A stretch of DNA of 64,000 nucleotides from Patescibacteria group bacterium (GTDB lineage: Bacteria > Patescibacteriota > Minisyncoccia > Phycocordibacterales > UBA2100). Within the stretch, counting starts at the first letter, position 1, and each line of letters starts with the position of its first letter. The position numbers were made by a program, and so were the translations under genes. The stretch spans positions 170,361 through 234,360 of the forward strand of contig JBBTSD010000001.1 in assembly GCA_038064835.1 (NCBI GenBank), given 5' to 3'. Positions 41,942-51,835 of the stretch are shown here, in pieces. The notes under the pieces are model-generated. The model worked only from the letters and a program-made list of their open reading frames with translations, searched no databases and had not been told where the DNA came from.

Positions 41942-42622
41942 ATGATCCATTTCAGTCAGGTTACAAAGCATTACAGCACCGGTCGTCCGGCGCTTTCAGA
42001 CATCTCCTTTAAGATCGAGCCAGGCGAATTCGTCTCGATTGTGGGGCATTCAGGTGCTGGTAAAACCACCCTGCTCAAGCTCCTTTTTGCCGAAGAGTCC
42101 CCATCTGAAGGTTCGGTATTTTTCCGCGAGCGAGCGCTCGCGGATCTGCTCCCGCGAGAGCTAACCCAGCTACGCCGCCAAATGGGCATGGTATTTCAGG
42201 ACTTCCGCCTCCTTTCTACAAAAAATGTGTATGAAAATATTGCCTTCGCGATGGAAGCCGCTGGCCGTTCCGATGAAGACATTAAAGCTGATGTACCCTA
42301 TGTGCTCGAACTCGTTGACTTGGCAGAAAAGATGTGGAATTTTCCGCACGAATTGTCTGGTGGAGAGCAGCAACGGATTGCGATTGCACGCGCCATAGTC
42401 AATCAGCCCGATGTATTGATTGCTGACGAGCCCACAGGGAACCTTGACCCCATTAACACCTATGAAGTCGTGCAGATTTTGAAAAAGATTAACGACTTGG
42501 GTACCACCGTCCTCCTCACGACTCATAATCGTGGGGTCGTTGATTCCGTAGGGCGTCGGGTAGTCACCCTCGATCAGGGCAGAATCATCCGCGATGACCC
42601 CAGCGGTAAATACAGTCTTTAG
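41942..42622 (+). CDS. ftsE: cell division ATP-binding protein FtsE
   Basis: GHSGAGKTT, VFQDFRLL, LSGGEQQR, ADEPTGNLDP; upstream of ftsX. Confidence 0.93.
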   Translation: MIHFSQVTKHYSTGRPALSDISFKIEPGEFVSIVGHSGAGKTTLLKLLFAEESPSEGSVFFRERALADLLPRELTQLRRQMGMVFQDFRLLSTKNVYENIAFAMEAAGRSDEDIKADVPYVLELVDLAEKMWNFPHELSGGEQQRIAIARAIVNQPDVLIADEPTGNLDPINTYEVVQILKKINDLGTTVLLTTHNRGVVDSVGRRVVTLDQGRIIRDDPSGKYSL

Positions 42623-42784
42623 TACTCCCTCAAATTAATTTAACACCCATTATGTACCAAAAATTGTGGCTACACCTTGTTTCGAAACCCTCTCTGATGC
42701 TTTGGCATCAGTTCGGATTTCTCAACTTCGGCTCGCTCACAATTTTAGGCACCTCTGGGCGCGAAATTAACTTAAGGGAGTACT
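42621..42784. repeat. ~164 bp palindromic MITE-like element between ftsE and ftsX
   Basis: 21-bp imperfect TIR AGTACTCCCTCAAATTAATTT / AAATTAACTTAAGGGAGTACT; inner AAAATTGTG/CACAATTTT. Confidence 0.75.
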
Positions 42785-42801
42785 GGTGCTAGAATGAATC
42801 T

Positions 42802-43734
42802 ATGAATTTTTGGATGGGAATCAAACGAGTGAGCAGATACGGCATGGTTGGATTTTTCCGCAACGGCTTTGTCTCGCTCTCCGCAATTCTTATCATGACC
42901 ATTACACTGTTTGTCATCGCAAGTCTCGTGGTGGGCGGAGCCGCATTGCAATCAACGCTTAAGGGCCTCACTGAAAAAGTAGACATCAATGTGTATTTTC
43001 TAGCCGAAGCCACTGAAGAGCAGATTCTCGACCTCAAGAAATCGATTGAAACGCTTCCTGAGGTGGCGACAGTGCAGTATGTGTCGCGTGGGGATGTGCT
43101 CACGCGATTTCAAGACCGTCATAAAAACAATTCCCTGATGCTTCAAGGAATTGACGAATTAGGACAAAATCCTTTCGGTGCATCCCTCGCGATTCAGGCA
43201 AAAGAAACCAGTCAATATGAATCCATTGCAAAGTTCCTCGATAGCACCCCTGCCGCTGGAGCAGAGGGCTCTGCGCGCATTATCGAAGATGTGAACTTTG
43301 GTAAGAATCGTGAGACCATCGATCGTTTGACAAACATCATCGCTACGCTACGAAAGCTCAGTATGGCCATAGCTATATTCTTTGGCATTGCGTCAATACT
43401 CATTGCGTTCAACACGATTCGACTAGTGATTTACACCTCAAAGGATGAAATTGGAGTAATGCGATTGGTAGGTGCAGAACGATGGTATGTGCGCGGACCG
43501 TTCATGATTACGGGGGTGCTCTATGGCCTCACGGCAGGCACTCTAGTGCTCTTGGTGCTCTATCCACTTTCATATTGGCTTGCTGCTGACTCTGAAAAAT
43601 TCCTCATCTATTTCAATACCCTTACTTATTTTACCTCCCACTTCGCATACATCTTTTTAGTAGTCATGGGCACGGGAGTACTTCTCGGTGCCATATCTAG
43701 TTTCTTGGCGGTTCGCCGCTACCTTACTCACTGA
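42802..43734 (+). CDS. ftsX: cell division permease FtsX
   Basis: RN...S...I, NTIRL.IY...EI.VMRLVGA...VRGPF, AVRRYL. Confidence 0.93.
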   Translation: MNFWMGIKRVSRYGMVGFFRNGFVSLSAILIMTITLFVIASLVVGGAALQSTLKGLTEKVDINVYFLAEATEEQILDLKKSIETLPEVATVQYVSRGDVLTRFQDRHKNNSLMLQGIDELGQNPFGASLAIQAKETSQYESIAKFLDSTPAAGAEGSARIIEDVNFGKNRETIDRLTNIIATLRKLSMAIAIFFGIASILIAFNTIRLVIYTSKDEIGVMRLVGAERWYVRGPFMITGVLYGLTAGTLVLLVLYPLSYWLAADSEKFLIYFNTLTYFTSHFAYIFLVVMGTGVLLGAISSFLAVRRYLTH

Positions 43735-43744
43735 CACAACCCTT

Positions 43745-45388
43745 ATGAAAAATTCGCGTGCGCACAAATATATTTTCGTTCTCGGCGGGGTAATGTCGGG
43801 TGTAGGCAAGGGAGTTACTACATCCACAATCGGACTCATTCTCAAGGCACGGGGCTTTACGGTGACAGCCCTCAAAATAGACCCCTATATTAATGTGGAC
43901 GCAGGTACTATGAATCCCACCGAGCACGGGGAAGTATTCGTGCTTAATGACGGCGACGAAACAGACCAAGACATGGGCAACTACGAACGGTTTCTCGGTG
44001 TTGATTTGTCACGGACCAACTACATGACGACGGGGCGTGTATATCAGACGGTCATAGAAAAGGAACGCAATCTTGAGTATAAAGGAAAATGCGTTGAGGT
44101 GGTGCCGCACATTCCTCTCGAAGTCATTCGCCGCATCGAACACGCTGCAAAGGAGGCGAATGCAGACATAACCATTGTAGAGATTGGGGGGACTGTTGGC
44201 GAGTATCAAAACATCCTATTTCTCGAAGCGGCACGCATGCTCAAGTTTAAATACCCGCACGACATCGCGTTCGTTATGGTGAGCTATCTCCCCATCCCTT
44301 CGAAAATCGGTGAAATGAAGACCAAGCCTACACAGTATGCTGTGCGTACTTTGAATGGCACAGGTATACATCCAGATTTTATCATAGCTCGTTCCGAACG
44401 GGCGCTTGATCAGAAAAGGAAAGAGAAGCTTGGTGTCTTTTGCACTATTTCCGAAGACCATGTCATCTCGGCGCCCGATGTAGACTCTGTATACGATGTG
44501 CCGATGAACTTTGAGCGGGACCGACTATCGACCAGCCTCTTGAAAACACTCGGGCTTACACCAAAGAAACCGTCCAATCTTTCTGCGTGGAAGAAGTTTG
44601 CAGCAAAGGCTCATAACGGTCACACAAAAGTGAAGATAGGTATCGTCGGTAAATACTTTGGTTCAGGTGATTTTGTACTTTCAGACGCGTATCTTTCAGT
44701 AATCGAAGCACTAAAGTATTCCGCGTACGCTATTGGTGTAAAGCCAGAGCTTACTTGGCTTAACGCCGCTGACTATACAGACGGAAAGCGAGTGAAGGAG
44801 CTTGAGCAATATCACGGACTTCTTGTGCCTGGTGGATTTGGCGAAACAGGTATAGAAGGGAAAATTCGCGCAATTCAGTATGCACGCGAGAAAAAGATTC
44901 CCTACTTTGGCCTCTGTTATGGTATGCAACTGATGGTGGTTGAATATGCGCGGAATGTTGCAAAGCTCAAGGGTGCGCACACCGTAGAAATCAATCCAAA
45001 AACTCTGCATCCGGTGATTGATGTGATGCCCGATCAGAAAGATAAAATCGCATCAAAGCGCTATGGTGGTACCATGCGCCTTGGCAGCTACCCGGCATAT
45101 CTGAAGCAGGGCACTATCGCGCGTGAATCCTACGGAAGTGAGCTCGTCCACGAAAGGCATCGGCATCGCTACGAAGTGAATCCGCTCTATGTTGAGCGTC
45201 TCGAGAAAGCAGGCATGGTGTTTTCAGGTATTTCTCCCACCAAAGAGTTGATGGAAATCGCCGAGCTTCCTGCCGACAAGCACCCATTCATGCTGGGTAC
45301 GCAGTTCCATCCTGAATTTCTCGCGCGCCCGCTTGCACCGCACCCTCTCTTCACTTCATTTATGAAGGCGGCAGGGAAACGGGTATGA
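43745..45388 (+). CDS. pyrG: CTP synthase
   Basis: GGVMSGVGKG, DPYINVDAGTM.P.EHGEV, KTKPTQ, GLCYGMQ, ERHRHRYE, QFHPEF. Confidence 0.97.
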   Translation: MKNSRAHKYIFVLGGVMSGVGKGVTTSTIGLILKARGFTVTALKIDPYINVDAGTMNPTEHGEVFVLNDGDETDQDMGNYERFLGVDLSRTNYMTTGRVYQTVIEKERNLEYKGKCVEVVPHIPLEVIRRIEHAAKEANADITIVEIGGTVGEYQNILFLEAARMLKFKYPHDIAFVMVSYLPIPSKIGEMKTKPTQYAVRTLNGTGIHPDFIIARSERALDQKRKEKLGVFCTISEDHVISAPDVDSVYDVPMNFERDRLSTSLLKTLGLTPKKPSNLSAWKKFAAKAHNGHTKVKIGIVGKYFGSGDFVLSDAYLSVIEALKYSAYAIGVKPELTWLNAADYTDGKRVKELEQYHGLLVPGGFGETGIEGKIRAIQYAREKKIPYFGLCYGMQLMVVEYARNVAKLKGAHTVEINPKTLHPVIDVMPDQKDKIASKRYGGTMRLGSYPAYLKQGTIARESYGSELVHERHRHRYEVNPLYVERLEKAGMVFSGISPTKELMEIAELPADKHPFMLGTQFHPEFLARPLAPHPLFTSFMKAAGKRV

Positions 45389-45684
45389 ACAAAGAACAGA
45401 AAGCGCTCGATGCTTGGTATCGAAAAATAAAGTGGCCGTATTGGGCGCCCGAGTGGGTGCTGGCACGACTTACCGAAGAAGTGGGGGAATTCGCACGAGC
45501 TATCAATCATGAATACGGCCCCAAAAAGCGCAAGACAGAAGAGGGGAGTCAAGAGATAGAAGCAGAGCTGGGGGATATCCTCTTTACGCTCGCATGCTAT
45601 GCAAACCAGAAAGGTATAAACTTAGACACAGCACTTGCGAATAGTTTAAAAAAAGTAAAAGAGCGTGATAAGAATAGATTTTAA
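45385..45684 (+). CDS. MazG-like nucleotide pyrophosphohydrolase
   Basis: LTEEVGE.AR, ELGDILF, RDKNRF. Confidence 0.88.
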   Translation: MNKEQKALDAWYRKIKWPYWAPEWVLARLTEEVGEFARAINHEYGPKKRKTEEGSQEIEAELGDILFTLACYANQKGINLDTALANSLKKVKERDKNRF

Positions 45685-45686
45685 GT

Positions 45687-46202
45687 ATGATGAAATCGTT
45701 TTGGGACTGGTACGAACGGACATACACCCTCAATCTCTCGATAGCACTTGGCCTGTTCCTATTGCAGATTGTGCACCTGATCTGGCTCTTTGGTGCCGTG
45801 GTGTGGACGAATGCATTTGGTGCCCCGCTGTTTGAATTGACGGGTATCTGGCAGACCATCATAGTCTTTGTCGATTATACGGAAATCCCCGCACTCCTCT
45901 CGGTGTCACTGATTTATATACACGAGCTCAGGAGTGGCTGGCGTCCTAAAACTGCACTCTACCTCGGTTTGCTCTTGGTGCAGTTGCTACATATGTTTTG
46001 GATTACCGATGAATTCGTCCTCGATGTATTCATCGCCAGTGGGCACGGCACAGTGCTTCCCGCGTGGCTTGCATGGGTAGCGATCCTTATTGATTACCTA
46101 GAAGTCCCTGTCATATTCGATGCCACACGCAGATTGATGGTCGCGCTCAAAGAGAAAAAAGGACTTGCTGGCGTAAAAGATGCGCTGAAGGAGGATGAAT
46201 AG
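45687..46202 (+). CDS. hypothetical membrane protein
   Basis: 4 TM segments; internal repeat DYTEIP / DYLEVP; HL.W / HMFW. Confidence 0.7.
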   Translation: MMKSFWDWYERTYTLNLSIALGLFLLQIVHLIWLFGAVVWTNAFGAPLFELTGIWQTIIVFVDYTEIPALLSVSLIYIHELRSGWRPKTALYLGLLLVQLLHMFWITDEFVLDVFIASGHGTVLPAWLAWVAILIDYLEVPVIFDATRRLMVALKEKKGLAGVKDALKEDE

Positions 46203-46734
46203 TATGGAAATTGCCGTATTTGGGGGCGGATGTTTTTGGTGCACCGAAGCGACCTTTAAAATGCTCAAGGGTGTCTCTGCCGTTACGCCGGGGTACACTG
46301 GAGGCACTACCGACAACCCCACCTATGATGCCGTGAGTAGTGGCCGCAGTGGACACGCCGAAGTGATTCGCATCGAATTTGATCCCGAGAAAATTGCGTT
46401 CACAGACCTACTCACTGTTTTCTTTGCCACCCACGATCCGACGACGCCAAACAGGCAAGGGGCCGATGTGGGTACGCAGTATCGCTCTGCTGTCTTCTTC
46501 ACAACACCTGCACAGAAAAAAGAAACAGAAGCTTTTATTGCTGATCTGCAGAAAGAAGGTGTCGCGGTGGTGACCGAAGTTGCGTCGCTCGGCATATTTA
46601 CCGAAGCCGAGGAGTATCACAAAGACTACTTTGCGAAAAACGCCACCGCAGGATACTGCCAAATAGTTATCGCACCCAAGGTAGAGAAAGTGCAAAAACG
46701 CTTCGCACAACTCTTGAAGGAAGGCAGTGTGTGA
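46195..46734 (+). CDS. msrA: peptide-methionine (S)-S-oxide reductase
   Basis: GGCFWCTE, GHAEV, HDPT..NRQG.D.GTQYRS, AEEYH, GYC. Confidence 0.96.
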   Translation: MNSMEIAVFGGGCFWCTEATFKMLKGVSAVTPGYTGGTTDNPTYDAVSSGRSGHAEVIRIEFDPEKIAFTDLLTVFFATHDPTTPNRQGADVGTQYRSAVFFTTPAQKKETEAFIADLQKEGVAVVTEVASLGIFTEAEEYHKDYFAKNATAGYCQIVIAPKVEKVQKRFAQLLKEGSV

Positions 46735-46770
46735 TAGACTTAATGTATTAGTAGCTAGCTCTCAGAATAT

Positions 46771-47322
46771 ATGAAACCACTTAGAATAGTGGGGCTTGTT
46801 GGAAGCCTCAGACAAGGATCGCTCAACAGGATGCTTATGAATGCCCTTGTCGCACGCGCGCCCGAAGGAATGAATATTACCGTGCTCGAAATCGGCGATC
46901 TCCCACATTTCAACGGCGATCTCGAGACAATACCTCCAGCAACAGTTGTCAGTGCGCGCGAAGCGGTAAAGGCAAGCGACGGTGTCCTTTTCGTCACTCC
47001 GGAATACAACCGCTCGTTCCCAGGTGTTCTAAAGAATGCAATCGACTGGCTTTCTCGTCCGTATGGGGCGAACACTCTTGCGGGTAAGCCGGTGTTGGTC
47101 ACTGGGGCAACAGGTGGTGCTGTCGGTACAGCGCTCGCTCAGTATCACCTCAAGCAGGTGCTCTTGTATCTGGATACACATATCCTCGGTCAGCCAGAGC
47201 TTTTTGTTGGAAGTGCTGAGAAGAAATTCACTGATGGCGAGCTTACCGACACAGATACGGCAGAACACCTGACAAAGGCACTCGCTTTGTTTGCCGTACA
47301 TGCACAGAAATTCCAGGTGTAG
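46771..47322 (+). CDS. NAD(P)H-dependent FMN reductase
   Basis: GSLRQGS.N, TPEYNRS.PGVLKNAIDWLSRP. Confidence 0.92.
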   Translation: MKPLRIVGLVGSLRQGSLNRMLMNALVARAPEGMNITVLEIGDLPHFNGDLETIPPATVVSAREAVKASDGVLFVTPEYNRSFPGVLKNAIDWLSRPYGANTLAGKPVLVTGATGGAVGTALAQYHLKQVLLYLDTHILGQPELFVGSAEKKFTDGELTDTDTAEHLTKALALFAVHAQKFQV

Positions 47323-47378
47323 CTTTTTCAAGCACCTTGCACATTTGCTTTCGCAGATAATGAGGTCACAATAAAAAG

Positions 47379-48362
47379 ATGTTTGTGCGACTACTTGTTG
47401 CGGTTGGTGCGCTCTCGCTTCCTGTGATGGCACAGGCACACACCCGCTGGTTTTCTGACAGTTCGATAATGCCCTATATCACCACCGAGCCGACAAGCCT
47501 CTATCTCACTATCTGGGCAATCATTGCCGCGGTCGTTGTTGCTGTTGCTGTGTATTTTGAAAGACATCGCGTGCTTGCTCTCGACTTTCTCGAGCCGCCT
47601 GGATCGCATGCATTCGAGCGCGCCGCGTCCACCTTTACAATGGTCACGGGGGCATTTTTTGTTATTGCGGGCACACATGAATATCTCTTCTCTCCCAACC
47701 TGACGACCGATGCTGGGATACCGATGATTTTTGTGTTTGCACAAATTTTTATCGGGCTCGCCTTTTTGGTGGGGCTGTATCCGCGCATTGCCGCTGTCGG
47801 GCTCGCCACCTTGTGGGGCGCGACCTTTCTCTATACCGATGTCGTGTCCTTGCTTGAGAATGTGTGGGTACTCTCGACTGCTGTATTTGTGTTTGTGGCA
47901 GGGAATGACTACTTCTCCTTTATGGCGATCAAGTCGTTCGACAAGTGGGCAAAGCAATTTCGTTGCTACGGTCTCTCTATTTTACGCTGGGGTACAGGAG
48001 GAACTTTGTTGGTTCTTGGGTTCTCTGAAAAGATTTTACATCCCGAACTGGGAGTGCACTTCCTCTCACTCCACCCGTGGAACTTTATGCAGCTCGTTGG
48101 GCTCCCTTATTCAGATTACCTGTTCACTTTGTCCGCAGGGTCGGTCGAAGCGCTCTTCGGTCTTATTTTCATTCTCGGTGTTGCTACTCGTTTGAATGCG
48201 CTTGTGTTGGCACTCTTCTTTACGACACCGCTCTTTATCCTCGGCCCTATCGAACTTGCGGGGCACTTGCCACATTTCGCCGCTGTAGTCCTTCTCTTGT
48301 TATTTGGTTCCGGTGGGTACTTCAAAATCGCACATCCAGTGTCCGCGCATCGCAGGCGCTAA
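47379..48362 (+). CDS. DoxX-like membrane protein
   Basis: Signal with AHTRWF; LR...G..L...G..EK..P; ELAGHLP. Confidence 0.7.
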   Translation: MFVRLLVAVGALSLPVMAQAHTRWFSDSSIMPYITTEPTSLYLTIWAIIAAVVVAVAVYFERHRVLALDFLEPPGSHAFERAASTFTMVTGAFFVIAGTHEYLFSPNLTTDAGIPMIFVFAQIFIGLAFLVGLYPRIAAVGLATLWGATFLYTDVVSLLENVWVLSTAVFVFVAGNDYFSFMAIKSFDKWAKQFRCYGLSILRWGTGGTLLVLGFSEKILHPELGVHFLSLHPWNFMQLVGLPYSDYLFTLSAGSVEALFGLIFILGVATRLNALVLALFFTTPLFILGPIELAGHLPHFAAVVLLLLFGSGGYFKIAHPVSAHRRR

Positions 48363-48468
48363 TGGGGGCGTCAGAGGTAACCCCGCACCCCCTGGGTAGG
48401 GAGTCGCTGTGAGAACTTACGCTGGGGGCACTGGAAAGAGCGCCTGATTTTGGTAGAATGCGCCCTAT

Positions 48469-48539
48469 TGCCAGATCGTCTAATGGTAGGACTTCAGATT
48501 CTGGATCTGAATATCTTGGTTCGAGTCCAAGTCTGGCAG
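48469..48539 (+). tRNA. tRNA-Gln(CTG)
   Basis: TGCCAGATCGTCTAATGGTAGGAC..TT-CTG-GA..GGTTCGAGTCCAAGTCTGGCAG; CCA not encoded. Confidence 0.93.
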
Positions 48540-48550
48540 CTAATCGTAGT

Positions 48551-48907
48551 ATGCAATCAATCTCACTTGACCTCGCAAAGCAACTTCTCGGCAAAGAAGT
48601 GGAAGTGACGATGGATCGGCCGCTGGGTACTAAACATCCCAAACATGGATTCGTGTATGAGGCCAACTATGGCTTTATCGCGGGCGTAAAGGCTCCCGAT
48701 GGAGAAGATCTGGATGCCTATTATTTGGGAGTGAGTGAGCCACTGGAAAAAGCAAAAGGCGTTTGCATAGCCATTGTTCACCGATTTGATAACGACGATG
48801 ACAAGTTGGTGGTAGTGCCTGCCGGAACGCAACTGACTGATGAGGAGATTCGCTCGCAGGTGCACTTTCAGGAACAGTGGTTTAAGAGTGAAGTTTTGCG
48901 GAAATAA
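48551..48907 (+). CDS. small inorganic pyrophosphatase family protein
   Basis: DRPLG..HP, Y..NYGF, APDGEDLDAY, DDKLVV. Confidence 0.85.
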   Translation: MQSISLDLAKQLLGKEVEVTMDRPLGTKHPKHGFVYEANYGFIAGVKAPDGEDLDAYYLGVSEPLEKAKGVCIAIVHRFDNDDDKLVVVPAGTQLTDEEIRSQVHFQEQWFKSEVLRK

Positions 48908-48932
48908 GTTCAATGTCGTCCAAGACAGCCAG
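48907..48932 (+). repeat. 26-27 bp post-gene motif, copy 1
   Basis: AGTTCAATGTCGTCCAAGACAGCCAG. Confidence 0.7.
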
Positions 48933-48998
48933 CAAGTGATTTTAGCCCTACTTCGCAAGTGAACATGGTTCGAGTCCTGAGTTTGTTATAATCTAGAC

Positions 48999-49433
48999 AT
49001 GCGGAAGAATCCTCAAGAATTTGACTGGGGTACGGTTGGACTAAATTTTGGAAACTGGGATGAGAAGAAAATTTGGGCGCTCAACATTCCCGAATCCACG
49101 CTAGATATATCTGAGTTAGAATGGCACTTGGACTGTCCATTTTGGGAAAACGACAGCGGAGTGGAATATTCCGTAACTCCTCGTGAAGTACTAGAAAAAA
49201 TTTCAGGAACAACTAACGAACAAGAAAAAGTCGAAAACGCAGACACTAAGCACCCCATTGATATTTACTTTAACAAGAACAAGTGGCTCGTTCTCGATGG
49301 AATTCACAGGCTTGCAAAACTCTATGCTGCCGGGGCAGAAAGAGTGAGGGTAAGAATTATTACTGCAGACACCCTGCCTCTAGTTTCAACAGGTGAACCC
49401 ATTGAAATGCCAACATGGTGGAATAAGTCTTAG
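48999..49433 (+). CDS. ParB/sulfiredoxin-like N-terminal domain protein
   Basis: PIDI.....W.VLDGIHRLAK....G...V.VRI. Confidence 0.7.
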   Translation: MRKNPQEFDWGTVGLNFGNWDEKKIWALNIPESTLDISELEWHLDCPFWENDSGVEYSVTPREVLEKISGTTNEQEKVENADTKHPIDIYFNKNKWLVLDGIHRLAKLYAAGAERVRVRIITADTLPLVSTGEPIEMPTWWNKS

Positions 49434-49440
49434 TCAATAA

Positions 49441-49467
49441 AGTTCCAATGTCGCCCCAAACAGCCAG
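49441..49467 (+). repeat. 26-27 bp post-gene motif, copy 2
   Basis: AGTTCCAATGTCGCCCCAAACAGCCAG. Confidence 0.7.
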
Positions 49468-49553
49468 TTCATAAAATTCGGCTTAATGGAAAAATGTGAG
49501 GCTGTTTTGGCGTAGAATGCTTTGTATAGCAACAAGAAATAGCTAATCAAGGT

Positions 49554-49875
49554 ATGATTTCAAAAAAAGTGCCCGAAATGCAGCTCTAGTAAGACGAAAA
49601 GGAACGGTCATTTTCGCGGTACACAACGATACAAGTGCCGCGATTGCAGTGCGCAGTTTGTCCACGACACTTCAGTGAGCGCGAAGACGCTCTGGCAGCA
49701 CTTTGCATACGAACATGCGACCGCTCCGGTGTTGGCAAAGCGATATCATAAGAGCGCGCGATGGGTGCGAGACCGGCTCGACGAGTACGAGCTACCAGTG
49801 CGTGTGCCGAATCCTCGTGAGATAGTCGCGGTCGCTGAAGCCACCTGGATCCACGGTTCGTGGATGCTCGTTTAA
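49554..49875 (+). pseudogene. truncated zinc-ribbon transposase (IS256-variant or IS1-like)
   Basis: ATG ATT TC-A7G, then -1 frame KCPKCSS...KRNG....QRYKCRDC, HTH-like segment, VAVAEATW and a stop. Confidence 0.7.
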
Positions 49876-50112
49876 CTCCCTCGACGGCTTTTTCAAGAAG
49901 GTGAAGACGGGCGATCAGCATCCATGCAGGACTGACGCACGCACGCAAATTGAAACTCATTACATCATTATTTTATCCGCTTGCATAGCCTCACATTTTT
50001 CCATTAAGCCTAAAATTCAAAAACCAGCGCATTGCGCTGGTTGTGGCGTAAGTCAGCGGAGAAGTGCTTCGCGAACCTCTCGCCAAGATTGCACCTGTCG
50101 AGGAGGAAAGGT

Positions 50113-50391
50113 GACAGGCAGAATTAAATAGACAATCGCAAGGTATAGCGCTACGCAGAGAATGGGCAGAGAATGGGGACAACAGAGAATGGGGACAGGC
50201 ACAATTAAATAGACAACCGCATGGTATAGCGTTGCCGTGGGTCGCGTTGCCCGGGTCGATTTTGACGATGCTACTTGGGCGACACAGATGGTCGATACAT
50301 ACCATCTGGATGCGACAGCTCGAAGTCCTGGAAGACCGAAAGCAGATTAGGCATAGAATTAAAAAAGAATTGTGTCTGTCCCCGTTGTCCC
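50113..50391. mobile_element. internally deleted RAYT/IS200-like element remnant
   Basis: IR GGGACAGGCACAATT (50192-50206) / AATTGTGTCTGTCCC (50368-50382); 38-bp direct repeat; mini-ORF 50237-50350 MGRVARVD...RSPGRPKAD. Confidence 0.55.
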
Positions 50392-50449
50392 CCTACACTT
50401 GTTGTACCCCATTTGCCAATACCCGCCATCCGCGATACTATATTTACAC

Positions 50450-50644
50450 ATGAATAGAAGTGTGTTTAAACAACTCGCCCAGGTAATGGAGCAGGGAGAG
50501 AAAGTGCTTTCAAGCCTGAGTAGCGATCAACGAGAAAAACTCGAAAAATCGTGGGATGTTGAGCATGCCTATTACTCCAGTGCTCTAGAAGGAAGTATGC
50601 TGGACAGGAAGGAGTTCGAGAAGCTTGCACAGGGCGTACATTAA
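50450..50644 (+). CDS. putative Fic antitoxin (inhibitory helix)
   Basis: 64 aa carrying YYSSALEG, matching the (S/T)xxxE(G/N) motif; directly upstream of fic. Confidence 0.7.
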   Translation: MNRSVFKQLAQVMEQGEKVLSSLSSDQREKLEKSWDVEHAYYSSALEGSMLDRKEFEKLAQGVH

Positions 50645-50650
50645 AACAGC

Positions 50651-51276
50651 ATGCCTGTGCGGCCGGAAAACGAGGTGGAGCTACAGAAGCGCGAAGCGGC
50701 CGGCGTTATTCGCGCTTTGTGCGCAAGCATGCCCATTCGCGTGCGGATATAACATTGGATACCATTTTGGAAATCCATGCTGAAATATTCAAGGAAGCTT
50801 GGCCGGAGATTGCGGGCAAATACCGAATCGCCCCTGTCGAAATAACCAACTCGAAACACCTCCCGCCGCATCATACGGCGGTTCCGGGCCTTATGCTTGA
50901 ACTGGGAAAGGAGCTTGAAGCGCGATTGCAAACACTTGAGCGCGCAGAGGGTATGGTATCGAAAGTCATGGACACTAGTGACGAACGCTTCGGTACGATT
51001 CTCAGACTCCTACAAATCGCTGCGTGGTTGCACCATAAGATCACCCACATCCATCCGTTTTCGGATGGCAATGGCCGGACGGCGCGTCTGGCCGCGAATC
51101 TCATACTGGAACGATATGGACTTGTTGGGCTTTCAATAAAGGTAGAACGGGAGAACAAAGATCGATACCGTGCTGCATTGGCGCAGATGGATTTACACAG
51201 TGACGACGGGCCTCTCCTTGATCTTATGGTCGAAGGGATCATTGAGCGCTATAGCGGAGTTCCCAAGAAGATATAA
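50651..51276 (+). pseudogene. Fic family protein with a frame break near 50715
   Basis: Canonical HPFSDGNGRTAR and AGKYR; N-terminus MPVRPENEVELQKREAAG from ATG 50651 is in a different frame from the 50719 ORF. Confidence 0.75.
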
Positions 51277-51379
51277 CTAGGGAAAAGGACGACCAAGGTG
51301 AGGTGTGAGAATAAACACACCTCTCGACAGCGCGTTCGAATGAAATGTTCCGGCAGAGAACTTTTGCTATACTGCGCAT

Positions 51380-51832
51380 GTGAAAGATGTCGTTCAGAAA
51401 CTTGCGCAAGATATCCTCGACAAGGGATATTTTCTCAGTCTTGCGACGCTTGACGGCGGCGGCTTGTGGGTCAGCGATGTCTTCTATGTTGCCGACGACG
51501 AGTGGAATATCTACTGGCTTTCGGCGCGCGACACTCGCCATTCGAAAGCCGTTGAGCAAAACCCCGAAGTTGCGGGAACAATAACCATAACCACAACACC
51601 ACAAGAGCCCAGTGAAGCACTTCAGATAGCGGGGCGTGCTGAAAGAGTCGGCGAAGAGTCGAACGAAATGGTAGAGAAGCTCTTTCTGCAAAAACGCGGC
51701 AAGGAAAAGAAAACCGAAGCAGGTAGAAACAAAGAAAGCCAATCGTGGTACAAACTCACCCCCACAAAGATACGACTGTCACACCAGGAGACATTTAACC
51801 TAGAGAAGCAGGATGTTGCTGTTAAGGGATAA
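51380..51832 (+). CDS. pyridoxamine 5'-phosphate oxidase family protein
   Basis: LSLAT, VFYV.D, IYWLS...TRHS......NP.VAGTI, LQIAG. Confidence 0.82.
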   Translation: MKDVVQKLAQDILDKGYFLSLATLDGGGLWVSDVFYVADDEWNIYWLSARDTRHSKAVEQNPEVAGTITITTTPQEPSEALQIAGRAERVGEESNEMVEKLFLQKRGKEKKTEAGRNKESQSWYKLTPTKIRLSHQETFNLEKQDVAVKG

Positions 51833-51835
51833 ATT

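Noticed and set aside
50113-50231. 38-bp direct repeat with a 43-bp gap as a mini-CRISPR
   Set aside because: Only two copies, the gap is itself made of short tandem repeats, and it adjoins transposon-like ends
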